Below are positions 19,549 through 30,393 of a stretch of DNA of 64,000 nucleotides, in pieces. The stretch comes from an uncultured Defluviitaleaceae bacterium (lineage in GTDB: Bacteria; Bacillota; Clostridia; Lachnospirales; WRBF01). The position numbers and the translations under genes were made by a program. Location: NCBI GenBank assembly GCA_964468805.1, contig CAYXWM010000002.1:25270-89269 (forward strand), in the 5' to 3' direction. The notes beneath the pieces are model-generated. The model was not told the DNA's origin. It searched no databases and was given only the letters and a program-made list of their open reading frames with translations. The first letter of the stretch is position 1, and each line of letters opens with the position of its first letter.

Positions 19549-20517
19549 CTATTCAAACGGATATTTCAAACCCCATTCCTTTCGTATACTGTCCATAACC
19601 TCCATCATATGGATAGTTTGGGCATGGGGCATTTCTTCGCATTCAAGTTTTCCTTCTTCCAAAGCTCGTTTTGCCGCCAAAACTTCATATTCGTAACCGG
19701 TAATTTGTTGTGGTGCTTCGATAGTTTTTATAAGTTGATAATTTGAATCAAATACGCGAAGGCGTTCGTAATTGTTGATGTTGTCTATTTTTATGTAACC
19801 TTTACGTCCGTTAATTACTCCTTCGCGGTCGGTGTTTGTCTTGGTTGTGGTGTATAAAATCGCCATTTTGCCGTCGGGGTAGGTTATTGTGAAGCTGTCT
19901 ATCATATCTACTCCCTTTTCGTTCATCACGGCTGTAGATTTGATTTCTTTTACATCATCGCCAAAAATCATGGAAGCAAAGTTCAATACATATACAGAAA
20001 GGTCTAACAAGGCTCCGCCGGCAAGTTCCGGTTCGTAGATTCGCGGTATGTGGTCTATTTCGTATCCCAAATTTGCGGTCAAGGAGGTTACTTCTCCTAT
20101 AATTCCGCTTGCGATTACTTCATTTATGGTCTTTCTCATCGGCATATATCTGGTCCAGATTGCCTCGGTTATCAGTAAATTTTTGCTCTTTGCAAGCTCT
20201 GTGATTTCACGGGCTTGTTGAGCGTTTACGGTAAATGCCTTTTCGCAGAGAACGTGTTTTCCGTTATTTAGGCATAGTATTGCATGGTCATAATGGTGAG
20301 AATGAGGAGTGGCAACATAAACCAAATCAATCTCCGGATCCTTGACCATATCTTCATAGGAGCCGTATGCCTTTTGAAAGCCGTATTCTTTAGCAAAGGC
20401 TTCTGCCCGTTCCAAATCACGGGAACCTACCGCATAGGCTTCCACTCCTTCAAGGGGAGCTATGGTTTTTGCCATTTTGACAGCGATGCCGCCGGCACCT
20501 AAAATTGCAAATTTCAC
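19549..20517 (-). CDS. Gfo/Idh/MocA-family NAD(P)-dependent oxidoreductase
   Basis: KFAILGAGGIA Rossmann start and CEKAF (EKP-type) motif. GTG 20517 follows ggaaggag. The alternative ATG 20541 overlaps the araD stop. Confidence 0.85.
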   Translation of the reverse strand: MKFAILGAGGIAVKMAKTIAPLEGVEAYAVGSRDLERAEAFAKEYGFQKAYGSYEDMVKDPEIDLVYVATPHSHHYDHAILCLNNGKHVLCEKAFTVNAQQAREITELAKSKNLLITEAIWTRYMPMRKTINEVIASGIIGEVTSLTANLGYEIDHIPRIYEPELAGGALLDLSVYVLNFASMIFGDDVKEIKSTAVMNEKGVDMIDSFTITYPDGKMAILYTTTKTNTDREGVINGRKGYIKIDNINNYERLRVFDSNYQLIKTIEAPQQITGYEYEVLAAKRALEEGKLECEEMPHAQTIHMMEVMDSIRKEWGLKYPFE

Positions 20518-20540
20518 AGTACTTTTCTCCTTCCTTTGCA

Positions 20541-21227
20541 TTAATTTCCATAATACGCGTGAATGCCATGTTTCCTGTAATAGTGCTTGTCCTGAAGTTC
20601 CTGAGGAGCCGGGCAATTCATGGGGTTTAACCTTTCACATTGAGCCGCCATCTTGGCTACTTCCTCCAAAACAACTGCATTGTGTACCGCCTCGTTTACA
20701 TCTTTTCCCCAAGTAAAAGGTCCGTGATTTTTACAAAGCACTGCCGGCATAGCCATATAGTCTTTATCTTTAAAGTATTGGACTATCAACAATCCTGTAT
20801 TGGTTTCATAAGCTTGTTCTATTTCTTCCGGGGTGAGATTTCTGACACAGGGAACTTCTCCGTACATATAATCCGCATGGGTGGTACCATAACAGGGGAT
20901 TCCTCTGCCGGCCTGTGCCCAACTTGTAGCATAGGAAGAATGGGTATGTACTATTCCTCCGATACTGGGAAATGCCTTGTAAAGCTCTGCATGGGTAGGA
21001 GTGTCTGAGGACGGCTTGTATGTACCCTCAACCTTGTTTCCGTCCAAGTCCATTACAACCATGTCTTCCCAACTCATTTTTTCATAATCCACACCGCCGG
21101 GCTTTATGACAAACAGACCGGATTGGCGGTCAAATGCACTGGCGTTGCCCCAAGTAAATGTAACCAGACCATATTTAGGCAAAAGCATATTTGCATTATA
21201 TACTTCTTTCTTTAAATTTTCCAGCAT
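20541..21227 (-). CDS. araD: L-ribulose-5-phosphate 4-epimerase (AraD/SgbE/UlaF family class II aldolase fold)
   Basis: MLENLKKEVYNANMLLPKYGLVTFTWGNASAFDR...VIKPGGV...HTHS..AT, colinear with AraD. Confidence 0.9.
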   Translation of the reverse strand: MLENLKKEVYNANMLLPKYGLVTFTWGNASAFDRQSGLFVIKPGGVDYEKMSWEDMVVMDLDGNKVEGTYKPSSDTPTHAELYKAFPSIGGIVHTHSSYATSWAQAGRGIPCYGTTHADYMYGEVPCVRNLTPEEIEQAYETNTGLLIVQYFKDKDYMAMPAVLCKNHGPFTWGKDVNEAVHNAVVLEEVAKMAAQCERLNPMNCPAPQELQDKHYYRKHGIHAYYGN

Positions 21228-22067
21228 TTATTTTTCCTCCAATATTCCTTTCATCATTCCCTGTGCCTGTTTTAAATCCTCTAACCAATCGTCGTTTCCT
21301 GTATACCAAAGCTCCGTAACATATTTTCTAATTCCCAGGTTCCAAGCCGTATCTATAATTCTTTCAAAGTCTACATGTCCCGTTCCGAAGGGAATTTCTC
21401 GAAATTTTCCGGGTACGGTTTCTTTCAGATGCATGGCGGCAATATGACCCTTACCGCTTTTTAAATCCTCCAAAACGCTTGTTTTATACAATACAGCTGC
21501 ATTTGTAAGATTGCCGGCGTCAGGATAAACTTGCAGATATGGTGATTTAATGAGCTTTACGTAATGCATGGCTTTGCCTACCGTATTCATAAATTCCGTC
21601 TCCATAGTTTCGAAAGCCAGAATGATTCCTTTAGCGGCTGCCATTTGTACAGCACGGTTAAGATTCTCAGCGAAACGTTTTTCTGTGAAGGCTGAAGAAG
21701 CCTCGTAATAAACATCATACCCTGCCAATTGAATGATACCTATTCCCAAGTCTTCCGCCAGTTCGATTGCCTTTTCCATAATATCTGAACCTCGTTTGCT
21801 GACGGACTCATTATTGCTGCCTAAAGGAAATCTTCTGTGTCCGCTTAGACACATGGTTCTGATAGGTAAACCTGTTACAAACATTTCAGCTACCAAATCA
21901 GCTCGTTCTTTTTTGCTCATTTCCAGCCTGGCAAGCTTTTCATCTGTTTCATCAATACTGATTTCAAGAAAGTCATAGCCCACAATTTTTGCTGTTTTCA
22001 GCTTTTCGTGCCAACTTAAATAAGGAGGCATTGCCTTTTCGTATACGCCCAGGGAATATGGTTTCAT
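21228..22067 (-). CDS. ulaE: L-ribulose-5-P 3-epimerase / L-xylulose-5-P 3-epimerase (UlaE/SgbU family, xylose-isomerase-like TIM barrel)
   Basis: LGVYEKAMP...W.EKL..AK..GYDFLEISIDETDEKLARL, typical of UlaE/SgbU. Abuts the araD start. Confidence 0.8.
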   Translation of the reverse strand: MKPYSLGVYEKAMPPYLSWHEKLKTAKIVGYDFLEISIDETDEKLARLEMSKKERADLVAEMFVTGLPIRTMCLSGHRRFPLGSNNESVSKRGSDIMEKAIELAEDLGIGIIQLAGYDVYYEASSAFTEKRFAENLNRAVQMAAAKGIILAFETMETEFMNTVGKAMHYVKLIKSPYLQVYPDAGNLTNAAVLYKTSVLEDLKSGKGHIAAMHLKETVPGKFREIPFGTGHVDFERIIDTAWNLGIRKYVTELWYTGNDDWLEDLKQAQGMMKGILEEK

Positions 22068-22108
22068 GTTGTTTCTCCTTTATAACCGTTCCATTGACTA
22101 CATACCCA

Positions 22109-23623
22109 TTAATTCTTGAAACATTTCCATGCATTGCCCAAAGAACCTATAACTTTGCGATAGTTTTCATATTTTTCTTCATATATTTCTTTGTATTTGG
22201 GTCTGGGGTATATGGTCTTTGTTATTTTTACGGTCTTTTCAACAGCTTCTTCATAGTCGGAGTAAACCCCGGCTGCTATTCCTGCCGCTATTGCCGCTCC
22301 TTGAGCACCTATTTCTTTGTCTTCCGTAACATCTATGGGAATTTGCAAGGCGTCTGCAAAAATCTGTACCCATACATCGGAATTTGCCGCTCCTCCGGAT
22401 AAGCGGATACTTTTAGGTACGTCCCGGTTTCTCAATAATTTTTTCACGTGAGTTAAATGGGAAAAAACTATACCTTCGTATACGGCTCGTAACATATGCT
22501 TTTTGTTGTGATAGGCGGTAAGACCTATAAAAGTCGCCTTTGCCAATGCATCTTCATTGGAACCGTTTAAAAACGGAAGGAAAATAATATTACTGTCTTG
22601 AGGTTCTATGGAACTGACCCATTGATTGGTAATATCATAGATAGAAACACCGATATTTTTTACCGTATCCTTTTCATAATTCATCAGATTCCGTACAAAC
22701 CATTCCATGTTTCCGGCAGAGGTGGGACTGCTTTCTTCCACCAGAAAATAACCCGGAATACAGAACATGGAGTTTAACGCCACGGTTCCGTTATCTATAG
22801 GTGCCTTTGCAATATATTCATTGATGCTCCAAGTTCCGGCTATCATACACATAGCCTCTTCGTTTACAAGTCCGGATGCGATACCGCAGGCATCCACGTC
22901 AAACATTCCGGCTGCAGCAGGAATACCCGGAGGAAGTCCCGTTTTTTTTGCGGCATCTTCGGTTACATATCCGCAAATATCCGCCGAGTACTTTAAGGGC
23001 GGTAATTTATCAAAAATCATCTCCAGACCTAAAAGCTCCAGAAGTTTTTTATCGTATGCTTTGGTGTTTAAGTTTACCAGGTTTCCGCCGGTGGAATCCG
23101 TATATTCCGCATAAGCTTCTCCTGTCAGTTTGTAGCGTATGTAATCTTTAACATGGAAAATATATTTTGTCTTTTCCAACACCGCCGGTTCGTTATCTCT
23201 GAACCACGCAAGGATACTTACCGGTTGGCAGGCAAGAATCTCCTGATAGGACAGAGGGTATATCTTTTCCTTTGTCCCATCTTGATACCACTGCTCCACA
23301 TACTTCCATGCCCTGGCATCCGTAGAAACTATGCCGTTATAGCTCGGTCTTCCGTCATGCCCAACCATATATAATCCCTTACCGTGTCCGGAAAATGATA
23401 CCCCAACTATATCCCGGGGCTTAATACCGCTCTTTTCTATACATAGGCGAATGGCTTGTGCATTAACTTCCCATAACTCGTCCATATCTCTTTCCGTATA
23501 GCCGGGTTTTGGGGTAAGGGTTACGGTAGGAACACTTGCTACGGCAATTTGAGTACCTTCTTCATCGAATATTGCAGCTTTGGAAAAAGTTCCGCCATTG
23601 TCTATTCCCATTAAATATCTCAA
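22109..23623 (-). CDS. FGGY-family carbohydrate kinase (L-xylulose / 3-keto-L-gulonate kinase-like)
   Basis: YLMGIDNGGT actin-fold phosphate-1 motif and GGAANSDVW. TTG 23623 lies 7 nt after aaaggagg; the alternative is ATG 23611. Confidence 0.85.
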   Translation of the reverse strand: MRYLMGIDNGGTFSKAAIFDEEGTQIAVASVPTVTLTPKPGYTERDMDELWEVNAQAIRLCIEKSGIKPRDIVGVSFSGHGKGLYMVGHDGRPSYNGIVSTDARAWKYVEQWYQDGTKEKIYPLSYQEILACQPVSILAWFRDNEPAVLEKTKYIFHVKDYIRYKLTGEAYAEYTDSTGGNLVNLNTKAYDKKLLELLGLEMIFDKLPPLKYSADICGYVTEDAAKKTGLPPGIPAAAGMFDVDACGIASGLVNEEAMCMIAGTWSINEYIAKAPIDNGTVALNSMFCIPGYFLVEESSPTSAGNMEWFVRNLMNYEKDTVKNIGVSIYDITNQWVSSIEPQDSNIIFLPFLNGSNEDALAKATFIGLTAYHNKKHMLRAVYEGIVFSHLTHVKKLLRNRDVPKSIRLSGGAANSDVWVQIFADALQIPIDVTEDKEIGAQGAAIAAGIAAGVYSDYEEAVEKTVKITKTIYPRPKYKEIYEEKYENYRKVIGSLGNAWKCFKN

Positions 23624-23750
23624 GACCTTGCCTCCTTTGCCGCTATTGCTATGTATTTTATAAGAAAGAAATCTCCCAATCATGAAAGTTTTTGGGAGAA
23701 AGTCTTTCAACGTTGTAAAAATGGTTCTACATACACCACGTTGTTTTGAT

Positions 23751-24959
23751 TTAATTAAAATCGGGTTGCGGAACTTCCGGATGATTTGGTCCGAAGTGTT
23801 TTAACAGCACCAAAGGCTCTACCGGGCTTTCGTTAGTAATGGTTACACCCTCTTTTGCAGCCTTTTCGGAGACAAAAAACTCATCAGCACTTTGTTGACC
23901 AAATCTAAGCAAAGTTGCTGCTTCGCATTGATAAACGCCGAATTTTCCGTGACCCTGAACGAAAATACAGCCATAAGCGGCTCCGTCTTTAACAGTTACG
24001 GTTTGACCGGGATATACAGTCAGTTCTTTTGCCGAAACATAGGGATTTCCGTAGGTTATCCATTTCTCCGAATATTGCTCGGTTTCGCGGGCAAGCAAAG
24101 GAGGACGGAAATAATGCTTTCTGTAATTGGGGTCTACGTTCTTTTCCCAGTCTAGCAAATTCAACACTTTATCCACATTTCCTTTGTCAGCCTCCGGTAG
24201 TTCTTCATCCAACATTTCCGGCGGATATATTTCACCGGATACTATATTTTCGTAAACGGAGTTTACGTCGGAATTCCATTGGGGTTCGTAGGTTAAAACC
24301 GAGCCGGGAGCATGAATTACACCCGGCGGAGTATACCAACCGGTTCCGAGTTCTATGCGGAAAGCACGTGACAATTCAGTAATTCGGGTATCGTCATCTT
24401 TAAATTTTAAAAGTCGTTCTCTTACTTCTTCTCTTGTTACGTCCGGGTCAAAACCGAAGTATGTATAGCCTGCCTCTCCCATGTGATTGTTTAATTGTTT
24501 TGGGAAATAGTAACATTCAGGTTTTCCAAGTTTACCTACCTTTGCCGCATCTTCAAACATAAGATGAACGTGATGAAACAGAGGGTTTTCATTGTCGAAA
24601 AATTTGGAATACATAGGCCATCCGCCGTATTTTTCCATTAATTCTTCGCCCACTGTTTCCGCACCCAAGACATCTATAGCTTCTTTTAAGCTGAATTTCT
24701 CGTCCGAATCATAGGATACCGCAACATAACTCAGTCCTTCATCCGGCAGAGCAAGAGGTCCGTTATTTGCCGTAATAGTTGAAGAAAACCATCTTTCGGT
24801 AATTGAACCTCTTGCCATTCCGTATGAAAAATAATCGTCCGGATGTAGTTTCAGTCTTCTTCCTGCCTTTCCGAAACGTCTCGGGACAAAAGCCGGATTT
24901 AACCGGAATATACCTTTACCATCTTCAAATACTTTTTCTATAAGTTTTTTGTCAGCCAT
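23751..24959 (-). CDS. PMI-like (type I phosphomannose isomerase-like cupin) protein, uncharacterised family, paralog 1
   Basis: Segments ERWFSSTITANNGP, PLFHHVHLMFEDA and PPGVIHAPGSVLTYEPQWNSD are colinear with the ManA metal/substrate motifs. About 45-50% identical by eye to the 30394-31608 product. ATG 24959 after aaggaga. Confidence 0.55.
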   Translation of the reverse strand: MADKKLIEKVFEDGKGIFRLNPAFVPRRFGKAGRRLKLHPDDYFSYGMARGSITERWFSSTITANNGPLALPDEGLSYVAVSYDSDEKFSLKEAIDVLGAETVGEELMEKYGGWPMYSKFFDNENPLFHHVHLMFEDAAKVGKLGKPECYYFPKQLNNHMGEAGYTYFGFDPDVTREEVRERLLKFKDDDTRITELSRAFRIELGTGWYTPPGVIHAPGSVLTYEPQWNSDVNSVYENIVSGEIYPPEMLDEELPEADKGNVDKVLNLLDWEKNVDPNYRKHYFRPPLLARETEQYSEKWITYGNPYVSAKELTVYPGQTVTVKDGAAYGCIFVQGHGKFGVYQCEAATLLRFGQQSADEFFVSEKAAKEGVTITNESPVEPLVLLKHFGPNHPEVPQPDFN

Positions 24960-24960
24960 A

Positions 24961-26019
24961 TCAATTCTCCTTTGCGGTCTCAATTTTTTGTTTTATTAAA
25001 TCAAACTCCCGGCGACCCTCCAAAATATGAAATACCAACTCATATTCCACGGATTCCTGTCCGTCAAGATATTTCATACTTCCGTTGTCTATTGCATCCT
25101 CAATACCGTCTATGGTTGCGTTTCCCGGTTCCAGCCCCAAAACATAGTCCTTTGCACCCATCATCTTCCACTCTACAAAGTGATCCAAAGTTTCTGCGTT
25201 AAATTCAATGGCTATGCCCATGTTTGTGCCCGGATTAAAAACTGCTGCCGCGGAACGGTTTTCGGGGGTCTTTTTCAAGGTATGGTAATAGCACATTTCT
25301 TCAAACTCCGGCGTGGCATCTTCCGACTTGTTCCAACGTTCTATAGCAGATTTAGAATGTTCATTTCGCGGTTTAACCGATTGTGAGGGTATAAAAATTT
25401 CGCTGTCTTTGGAGAGCATGGGATACCCTATGTTTATATGGTACAAAATCATATGAAAGGTCTTTTTGTAGCCCTCATTTGTAACCTTATCTCTTAATAC
25501 AATTTTTCTGTCTTTATAGTCACAACGGATATTTCTCTCCAGTATCAGATTGGGACCGAATAAAACAGACTCTCTCAAAGTTCCTTTAATCTCTGCATAA
25601 GCACTGTTTTCTTCTTCCGAAATACTGTAAGTACAGCATTCCGCCGGAGTGTTGGAAATATTTCCGTGCAGACCGTAGGACTTTCCTTTATATTCGCAAG
25701 GTTTGCCTACATAAGACAGTCCGCAGGTGGTTAAAAAGCCGGCGGTGAAGCTTTTCAAAAACCCAAGACCCTTATCATCAAAATACTCCGGCGCTACCAT
25801 TCCGCAAGCGGAAATATACCCTATGTTTTCTCCTTTGTAGCTGAGATAGTGAATGTCCATGCCCCTGTCCGTACTTACCTCAAACTGCATTCCCGACCTG
25901 TTATCCACTTGCACCATTCTTACATTTTTTGCTTTTCCGTCCTGCAATAACACATTTCTGACTTTAAACAGTTGGTCCGAATGTCCCACATATTTTTTTT
26001 CCTCTTTGAAATTCATCAA
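24961..26019 (-). CDS. Aldose-1-epimerase-like protein (DUF4432 type)
   Basis: 352 aa. The N-terminal part (VRMVQVDNRSGMQFEVSTDRGMDI..LSYKGENIGY) and GLHGNIS match the galactose-mutarotase-like DUF4432 pattern. Confidence 0.55.
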   Translation of the reverse strand: MMNFKEEKKYVGHSDQLFKVRNVLLQDGKAKNVRMVQVDNRSGMQFEVSTDRGMDIHYLSYKGENIGYISACGMVAPEYFDDKGLGFLKSFTAGFLTTCGLSYVGKPCEYKGKSYGLHGNISNTPAECCTYSISEEENSAYAEIKGTLRESVLFGPNLILERNIRCDYKDRKIVLRDKVTNEGYKKTFHMILYHINIGYPMLSKDSEIFIPSQSVKPRNEHSKSAIERWNKSEDATPEFEEMCYYHTLKKTPENRSAAAVFNPGTNMGIAIEFNAETLDHFVEWKMMGAKDYVLGLEPGNATIDGIEDAIDNGSMKYLDGQESVEYELVFHILEGRREFDLIKQKIETAKEN

Positions 26020-26444
26020 ATCACGCCTTTTTGTAAGATGATATTTGCGTATCTTGCTGTCGTTCCGGTTTGTACAATAAAAGCAGCTTTTTTTGATTCT
26101 TCATAAAAAGGGAGCCTGTCTAAATAAGTAAAGTTTATAAATGCTTTTTCTTTATCATATTTTCTTATAATTTCTTCGTATTGTGTCCAAATTTCCGGGA
26201 CAGGTTCAGTATCCAAGTTCTTCATTAATTTAACTGCATCCGGAACAAAATTGTCTAAAGGGAAAAAGGGTAATACGGCTTTAAGCAGCTCCGGTATTTC
26301 TACACCGGGAAGCCGAATCAAAATCTTGGCATTGGAATATGCGGGAAAATTGGCATCTGCAAATATCATGGAATCGGAATGACCCATTTCCATCATTAAC
26401 TTCATTAAATCCGGCGAGATTATTTGGGGAATATTTTTTAGCAT
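26016..26444 (-). CDS. fucU: L-fucose mutarotase / RbsD-FucU family
   Basis: MLKNIPQIISPDLMKLMMEMGHSDSMIFADANFPA...RYANIILQKGV, colinear with E. coli FucU (recalled from memory). Confidence 0.85.
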   Translation of the reverse strand: MLKNIPQIISPDLMKLMMEMGHSDSMIFADANFPAYSNAKILIRLPGVEIPELLKAVLPFFPLDNFVPDAVKLMKNLDTEPVPEIWTQYEEIIRKYDKEKAFINFTYLDRLPFYEESKKAAFIVQTGTTARYANIILQKGVI

Positions 26445-26608
26445 AGTTACCTCCGGAATTTTGGTAAAAATAACCCGGGGAATTCCCGGTTTAGAGGTTC
26501 AAAATACCTCTTTAACGAAGGAATCTCCCGGGAGTTGTATGTTGAATTACAGTAGTACACTTTAAAAATAACGATTATAAAACACAGTACGAACAGTTCC
26601 CAATTCTC

Positions 26609-27568
26609 CTATTTAAAATCAGCTACATTTTCTTTGGTTACCAATTGGAAAGGAATCCTTATGTCGTATTCTACTTTTTCGCCTTTAGCCAGTTTTAGAG
26701 CTGTCTCTACAGCAGTTTCTCCTTGACCTGCAGCATCTTGGAATACGGTACAAGCCATTCTTCCGTCTTCCACAGCTTTAAGAGCATCTTCAATGGCATC
26801 TACACCGGTCACCATAATATCTTTTCTTCCTGCCGCTTCACAAGCAGCCAACGCACCCAGAGCCATATCATCGTTTTGGCAAACGATAGCATTTAATTTG
26901 TCGCCGTAAGTGGTAATCCAGTCTTCAGCCAGAGAAAGGGCTTCTTCTCTTTTCCAGTTAGCGGTTTGTTCGGCTAAAACATTGTATTTTTTAAGTAAAC
27001 CGGCTTCTTCGTAACCTGCCCAACGACCAACTTGTCCGGCTTGACCCATAGGGCCTTGGATAATACAGATATTGGAGCCTTCCGGGAGGTTTTCCAAAAC
27101 GAAATTGGCTTCGATAATTCCGGAATCTTTATCCTCACAGCCTACAAAAGATTGATAATCTTTGTTTACGGTATCGCAGTTACAGTTAATGATGGGAATA
27201 CCTGCTTCTACTGCTTTTTTGATACAAGGACTGCTTCCGTCCATATCCTGTGCGTTAAGAATTATGGCGTCTACCTGTTGAGTAATGAGATTTTCGCATT
27301 GTTCGATTTGTTTGTTAACATCGCCTTCAGCGTCATTCATAATGAGTTTTACGCCCAATTCTTTGCCCTTGGCTTCTATTGCGTCTGAGATTTTCTTAAC
27401 GAAGGTATCGGAGTTGTCTTTCATAAGAACGCCGATTGTATACTGTTTGCTTCCGCCTGCACCTGCATTTGCACCGGCCTTATCGCCATCCGGATTTCCG
27501 GAACAGCCTGCCAACATTACAATAGACATTATCGCTGCAAGTAATGCAACCAAAATACTTTTTTTCAT
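26609..27568 (-). CDS. Monosaccharide ABC transporter substrate-binding lipoprotein (RbsB-like)
   Basis: Lipobox MLAGCSG and a periplasmic-binding-protein type I fold pattern (IGVLMKDNSDTF..., VTGVDA). Confidence 0.85.
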   Translation of the reverse strand: MKKSILVALLAAIMSIVMLAGCSGNPDGDKAGANAGAGGSKQYTIGVLMKDNSDTFVKKISDAIEAKGKELGVKLIMNDAEGDVNKQIEQCENLITQQVDAIILNAQDMDGSSPCIKKAVEAGIPIINCNCDTVNKDYQSFVGCEDKDSGIIEANFVLENLPEGSNICIIQGPMGQAGQVGRWAGYEEAGLLKKYNVLAEQTANWKREEALSLAEDWITTYGDKLNAIVCQNDDMALGALAACEAAGRKDIMVTGVDAIEDALKAVEDGRMACTVFQDAAGQGETAVETALKLAKGEKVEYDIRIPFQLVTKENVADFK

Positions 27569-27637
27569 ACTTTTTCCTCCTAAAAATATATATGTAAAAA
27601 TATTGGTGCCAAACTTGAAACAGACTTTTTAAGATAA

Positions 27638-27773
27638 TATACTTAATTTCCGGTTAAGTAGTAACAAAAGCGTATATTCGTAGTGGTGAGCGACCGGTGT
27701 TTTTTTCAAAATGCAAGAGCGAGCCGTTTACGAAGATCAGCTTTTGTTACTATTCCTTATGCAATTAAGTATA
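27638..27773 (-). repeat. Family A repeat, copy A3 (reverse orientation; between the ABC permease and SBP genes)
   Basis: The plus strand reads TATACTTAATTTCCGGTTAAGTAGTAACAAAAGCG...CAGCTTTTGTTACTATTCCTTATGCAATTAAGTATA, the reverse complement of A1/A2. Confidence 0.9.
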
Positions 27774-27795
27774 CAACGTACTCTTGATGAAAAAA

Positions 27796-28743
27796 TCAGT
27801 CGGCTTTTCCTTTTGATTTCATATCCAAAAGTACTGCAAGTAAGATAATAAATCCCTTTACGACTTGTTGATAAAATGAATTGACATTAAGTAAGTTTAA
27901 AGAATTGCTGATTAAGCCTATAATGACAAAACCCATAATGGTTCCTTGCAATCCCCCGATACCGCCGCTCATGCCGGTTCCGCCTATAGCTGTTGCGGCT
28001 ATAGCATCCAATTCGTATCCTTCGGCGGCTGTGGGTTGACCCGAGCTGATTCTGGCAGAAAGTATTAAACCTACAATACCACAGCAGATACCTGAAATTA
28101 TGTATACCATCATTTCTACTCTTCTTGTTTTTACACCGGAAAGCTTCGTTGCATTTTTATTTCCGCCAATTGCAAAAACGTATCTTCCGAAGGTAGTTGT
28201 TTTCAAAATAATTAATCCTACAGCACATACAACCAACAGAATTATAATTGGGTTGGGTACACCAAACACATCTCCTTGCCCTATGGCAAGAAAATCTTCA
28301 TTCATTATGGTAAAGGGCTTACCGTTTGAAAATACCAGTGCAAAACCACGCCCTATTGTTGTACTTGCCAAGGTTGCTATAAATGGCTGTAAACCCACAT
28401 AAGATACCAAGTATCCGTTAAATACACCAAATGCAACAGCCGCCGCCACACCCGCCGCACAGGCTACCCATAAGTTTACACCGTTCATAAGCATAGATCC
28501 GCAAATAACGCTTGTTACCGCAACCAGCGAACCTACGGAAAGGTCAATTCCACCGGTAAGAATAATAAAGGTCATCCCTACCGCCAATATCCCATTTGTT
28601 GATATCTGCCGTAAAATATTGATTAAATTCTTGGAAGATAAAAATACCGGGGATAAAGTACTCATGATTATGAAAATGATTAATATTGCAAACACAAGCC
28701 CAAACTTCTTAAAGATTTGTGCCATATCCATTTTCTTAGTCAT
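27796..28743 (-). CDS. Monosaccharide ABC transporter permease (RbsC-like)
   Basis: 315 aa, about 10 TM segments. GGIDLSVGS motif and C-terminal VVKGFIILLAVLLD. Confidence 0.85.
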   Translation of the reverse strand: MTKKMDMAQIFKKFGLVFAILIIFIIMSTLSPVFLSSKNLINILRQISTNGILAVGMTFIILTGGIDLSVGSLVAVTSVICGSMLMNGVNLWVACAAGVAAAVAFGVFNGYLVSYVGLQPFIATLASTTIGRGFALVFSNGKPFTIMNEDFLAIGQGDVFGVPNPIIILLVVCAVGLIILKTTTFGRYVFAIGGNKNATKLSGVKTRRVEMMVYIISGICCGIVGLILSARISSGQPTAAEGYELDAIAATAIGGTGMSGGIGGLQGTIMGFVIIGLISNSLNLLNVNSFYQQVVKGFIILLAVLLDMKSKGKAD

Positions 28744-30260
28744 TCTTTGCTTCCTCCCAACGCCAATTTTAAAATTAATTCTTGTGACTGAGCTTCTTCT
28801 CCTACCGTTTCCCCGGTAATTTTGCCTCCTGCCATAACGATTATGCGATTGCTCATTCCGATTAATTCCGGCATTTCAGAAGAAATCATTATAATTGCAA
28901 CTCCTTGTTTCGCAAGGTCTATCATAATATTATAGATAGTTGCTTTGGCACCCACGTCAATTCCTCTGGTAGGTTCATCCATTATAAGTACTTTTGGCCC
29001 TGCCATGAGACATTTGGCAAGTACGACTTTTTGCTGGTTTCCACCGGAAAGACTGCTGACCAAATCATGAATACCGTTCATTTTTGTTGTCATCTTTTTA
29101 GCCATTTCTTCGCAGCTTGTTCTTTCCTTTTGCTTGAAGATGAATCCGAATTTGTTATACCGGTCTGCGTTTTGAAGGGATATATTTTCTTTTATGTTTC
29201 TGCATAATACCAGACCCAGTTCCTTACGGTCTTCGGAAGCCATAATGATGTGATGTGCTTTGGCGGACTTTGGATGATTGATAACTACCTTCTTACCCTC
29301 CATAATTATCTCGCCTTCATCCAATTTGTCGTATCCTACCAATGCTCTTACAACTTCGCTTCTTCCGGCACCCACCAATCCCGCCAGTCCAAGAATTTCT
29401 CCGGCTCTCACTTTAAAATTGACGTTCTCAAAGACACCCTTTCGGGTAAAGTTTTTTACCTCCAATACAACCTCGCCGATTTGTGCTGTATTTTTGGGAT
29501 AACCGCCTTCCAGTTCACGCCCAACCATCATATTGATAAGTTCTTCCGGAGAAGCATCTTTTATATCCACACAACCGATAAATCTTCCGTCTCGCAATAC
29601 AGATACTCTGTCCGCCAGTTTAAATACCTCGTCCATCCGATGAGAAATATAAATAATTCCCACATGTTTTGATTTAAGATTATCTATAATCTGAAATAAA
29701 ATTTTTGTCTCTGCTTCCGAAAGTGATGAAGTCGGCTCATCCATAATTATTACTTTTGAATCATAGGATACGGCTTTTATAATTTCCATCATCTGAATTT
29801 GAGCGATATTTAAATGTTTCATCTTCATACAGGGATGAATGAGTTTTTCCAGTCCGTATTCTTTTAGTATTTCTTCAGTCTTTTTAATTAATTTTTTTTT
29901 ATCCACAAAGGGCAACCACTTTATCTTTTTTGTTTCTCTTCCCAAAAATACATTTTCGGCAACGGTCATTTCCGGAATAGGACTTAATTCCTGATGTATC
30001 ATGGAAATCCCGGTATGTAGAGCATCGTTAGCTTCTTTAAATTCTACGGGCTTACCGTCAAATAGAATTTCTCCGCTTCCGCTGTCTTTGGTGTAGATGC
30101 CCATTATTATTTTCATTAAAGTTGATTTTCCGGCTCCGTTTTCTCCCATAAGAGCATGCAGTTCTCCGGGCTTTACGCATAGTTCAACTTGATTTAGTAC
30201 ATTTACGCCCGCAAAGGATTTGCTTATATTCCTGACTTCCAAAATATACTGCCCTGCCAC
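28740..30260 (-). CDS. Monosaccharide ABC transporter ATP-binding protein (duplicated ATPase, RbsA-like)
   Basis: Two NBDs (GENGAGKST with LSGGNQQK, DEPT). GTG 30260 lies 5 nt after gggaggag, so the N-terminal 28 aa of the track ORF are rejected. Confidence 0.9.
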   Translation of the reverse strand: MAGQYILEVRNISKSFAGVNVLNQVELCVKPGELHALMGENGAGKSTLMKIIMGIYTKDSGSGEILFDGKPVEFKEANDALHTGISMIHQELSPIPEMTVAENVFLGRETKKIKWLPFVDKKKLIKKTEEILKEYGLEKLIHPCMKMKHLNIAQIQMMEIIKAVSYDSKVIIMDEPTSSLSEAETKILFQIIDNLKSKHVGIIYISHRMDEVFKLADRVSVLRDGRFIGCVDIKDASPEELINMMVGRELEGGYPKNTAQIGEVVLEVKNFTRKGVFENVNFKVRAGEILGLAGLVGAGRSEVVRALVGYDKLDEGEIIMEGKKVVINHPKSAKAHHIIMASEDRKELGLVLCRNIKENISLQNADRYNKFGFIFKQKERTSCEEMAKKMTTKMNGIHDLVSSLSGGNQQKVVLAKCLMAGPKVLIMDEPTRGIDVGAKATIYNIMIDLAKQGVAIIMISSEMPELIGMSNRIIVMAGGKITGETVGEEAQSQELILKLALGGSKE

Positions 30261-30393
30261 ATTGACTCCTCCCTGACATAACTGCGTAACTGCAAAAGTG
30301 TTGGATTCAGAAACCCATTGTGCGGGTAATACCATATTACCCACACAATAAGTTTGCTTAACAATTTTTACATAGAATTTTAGACTGTTGAAA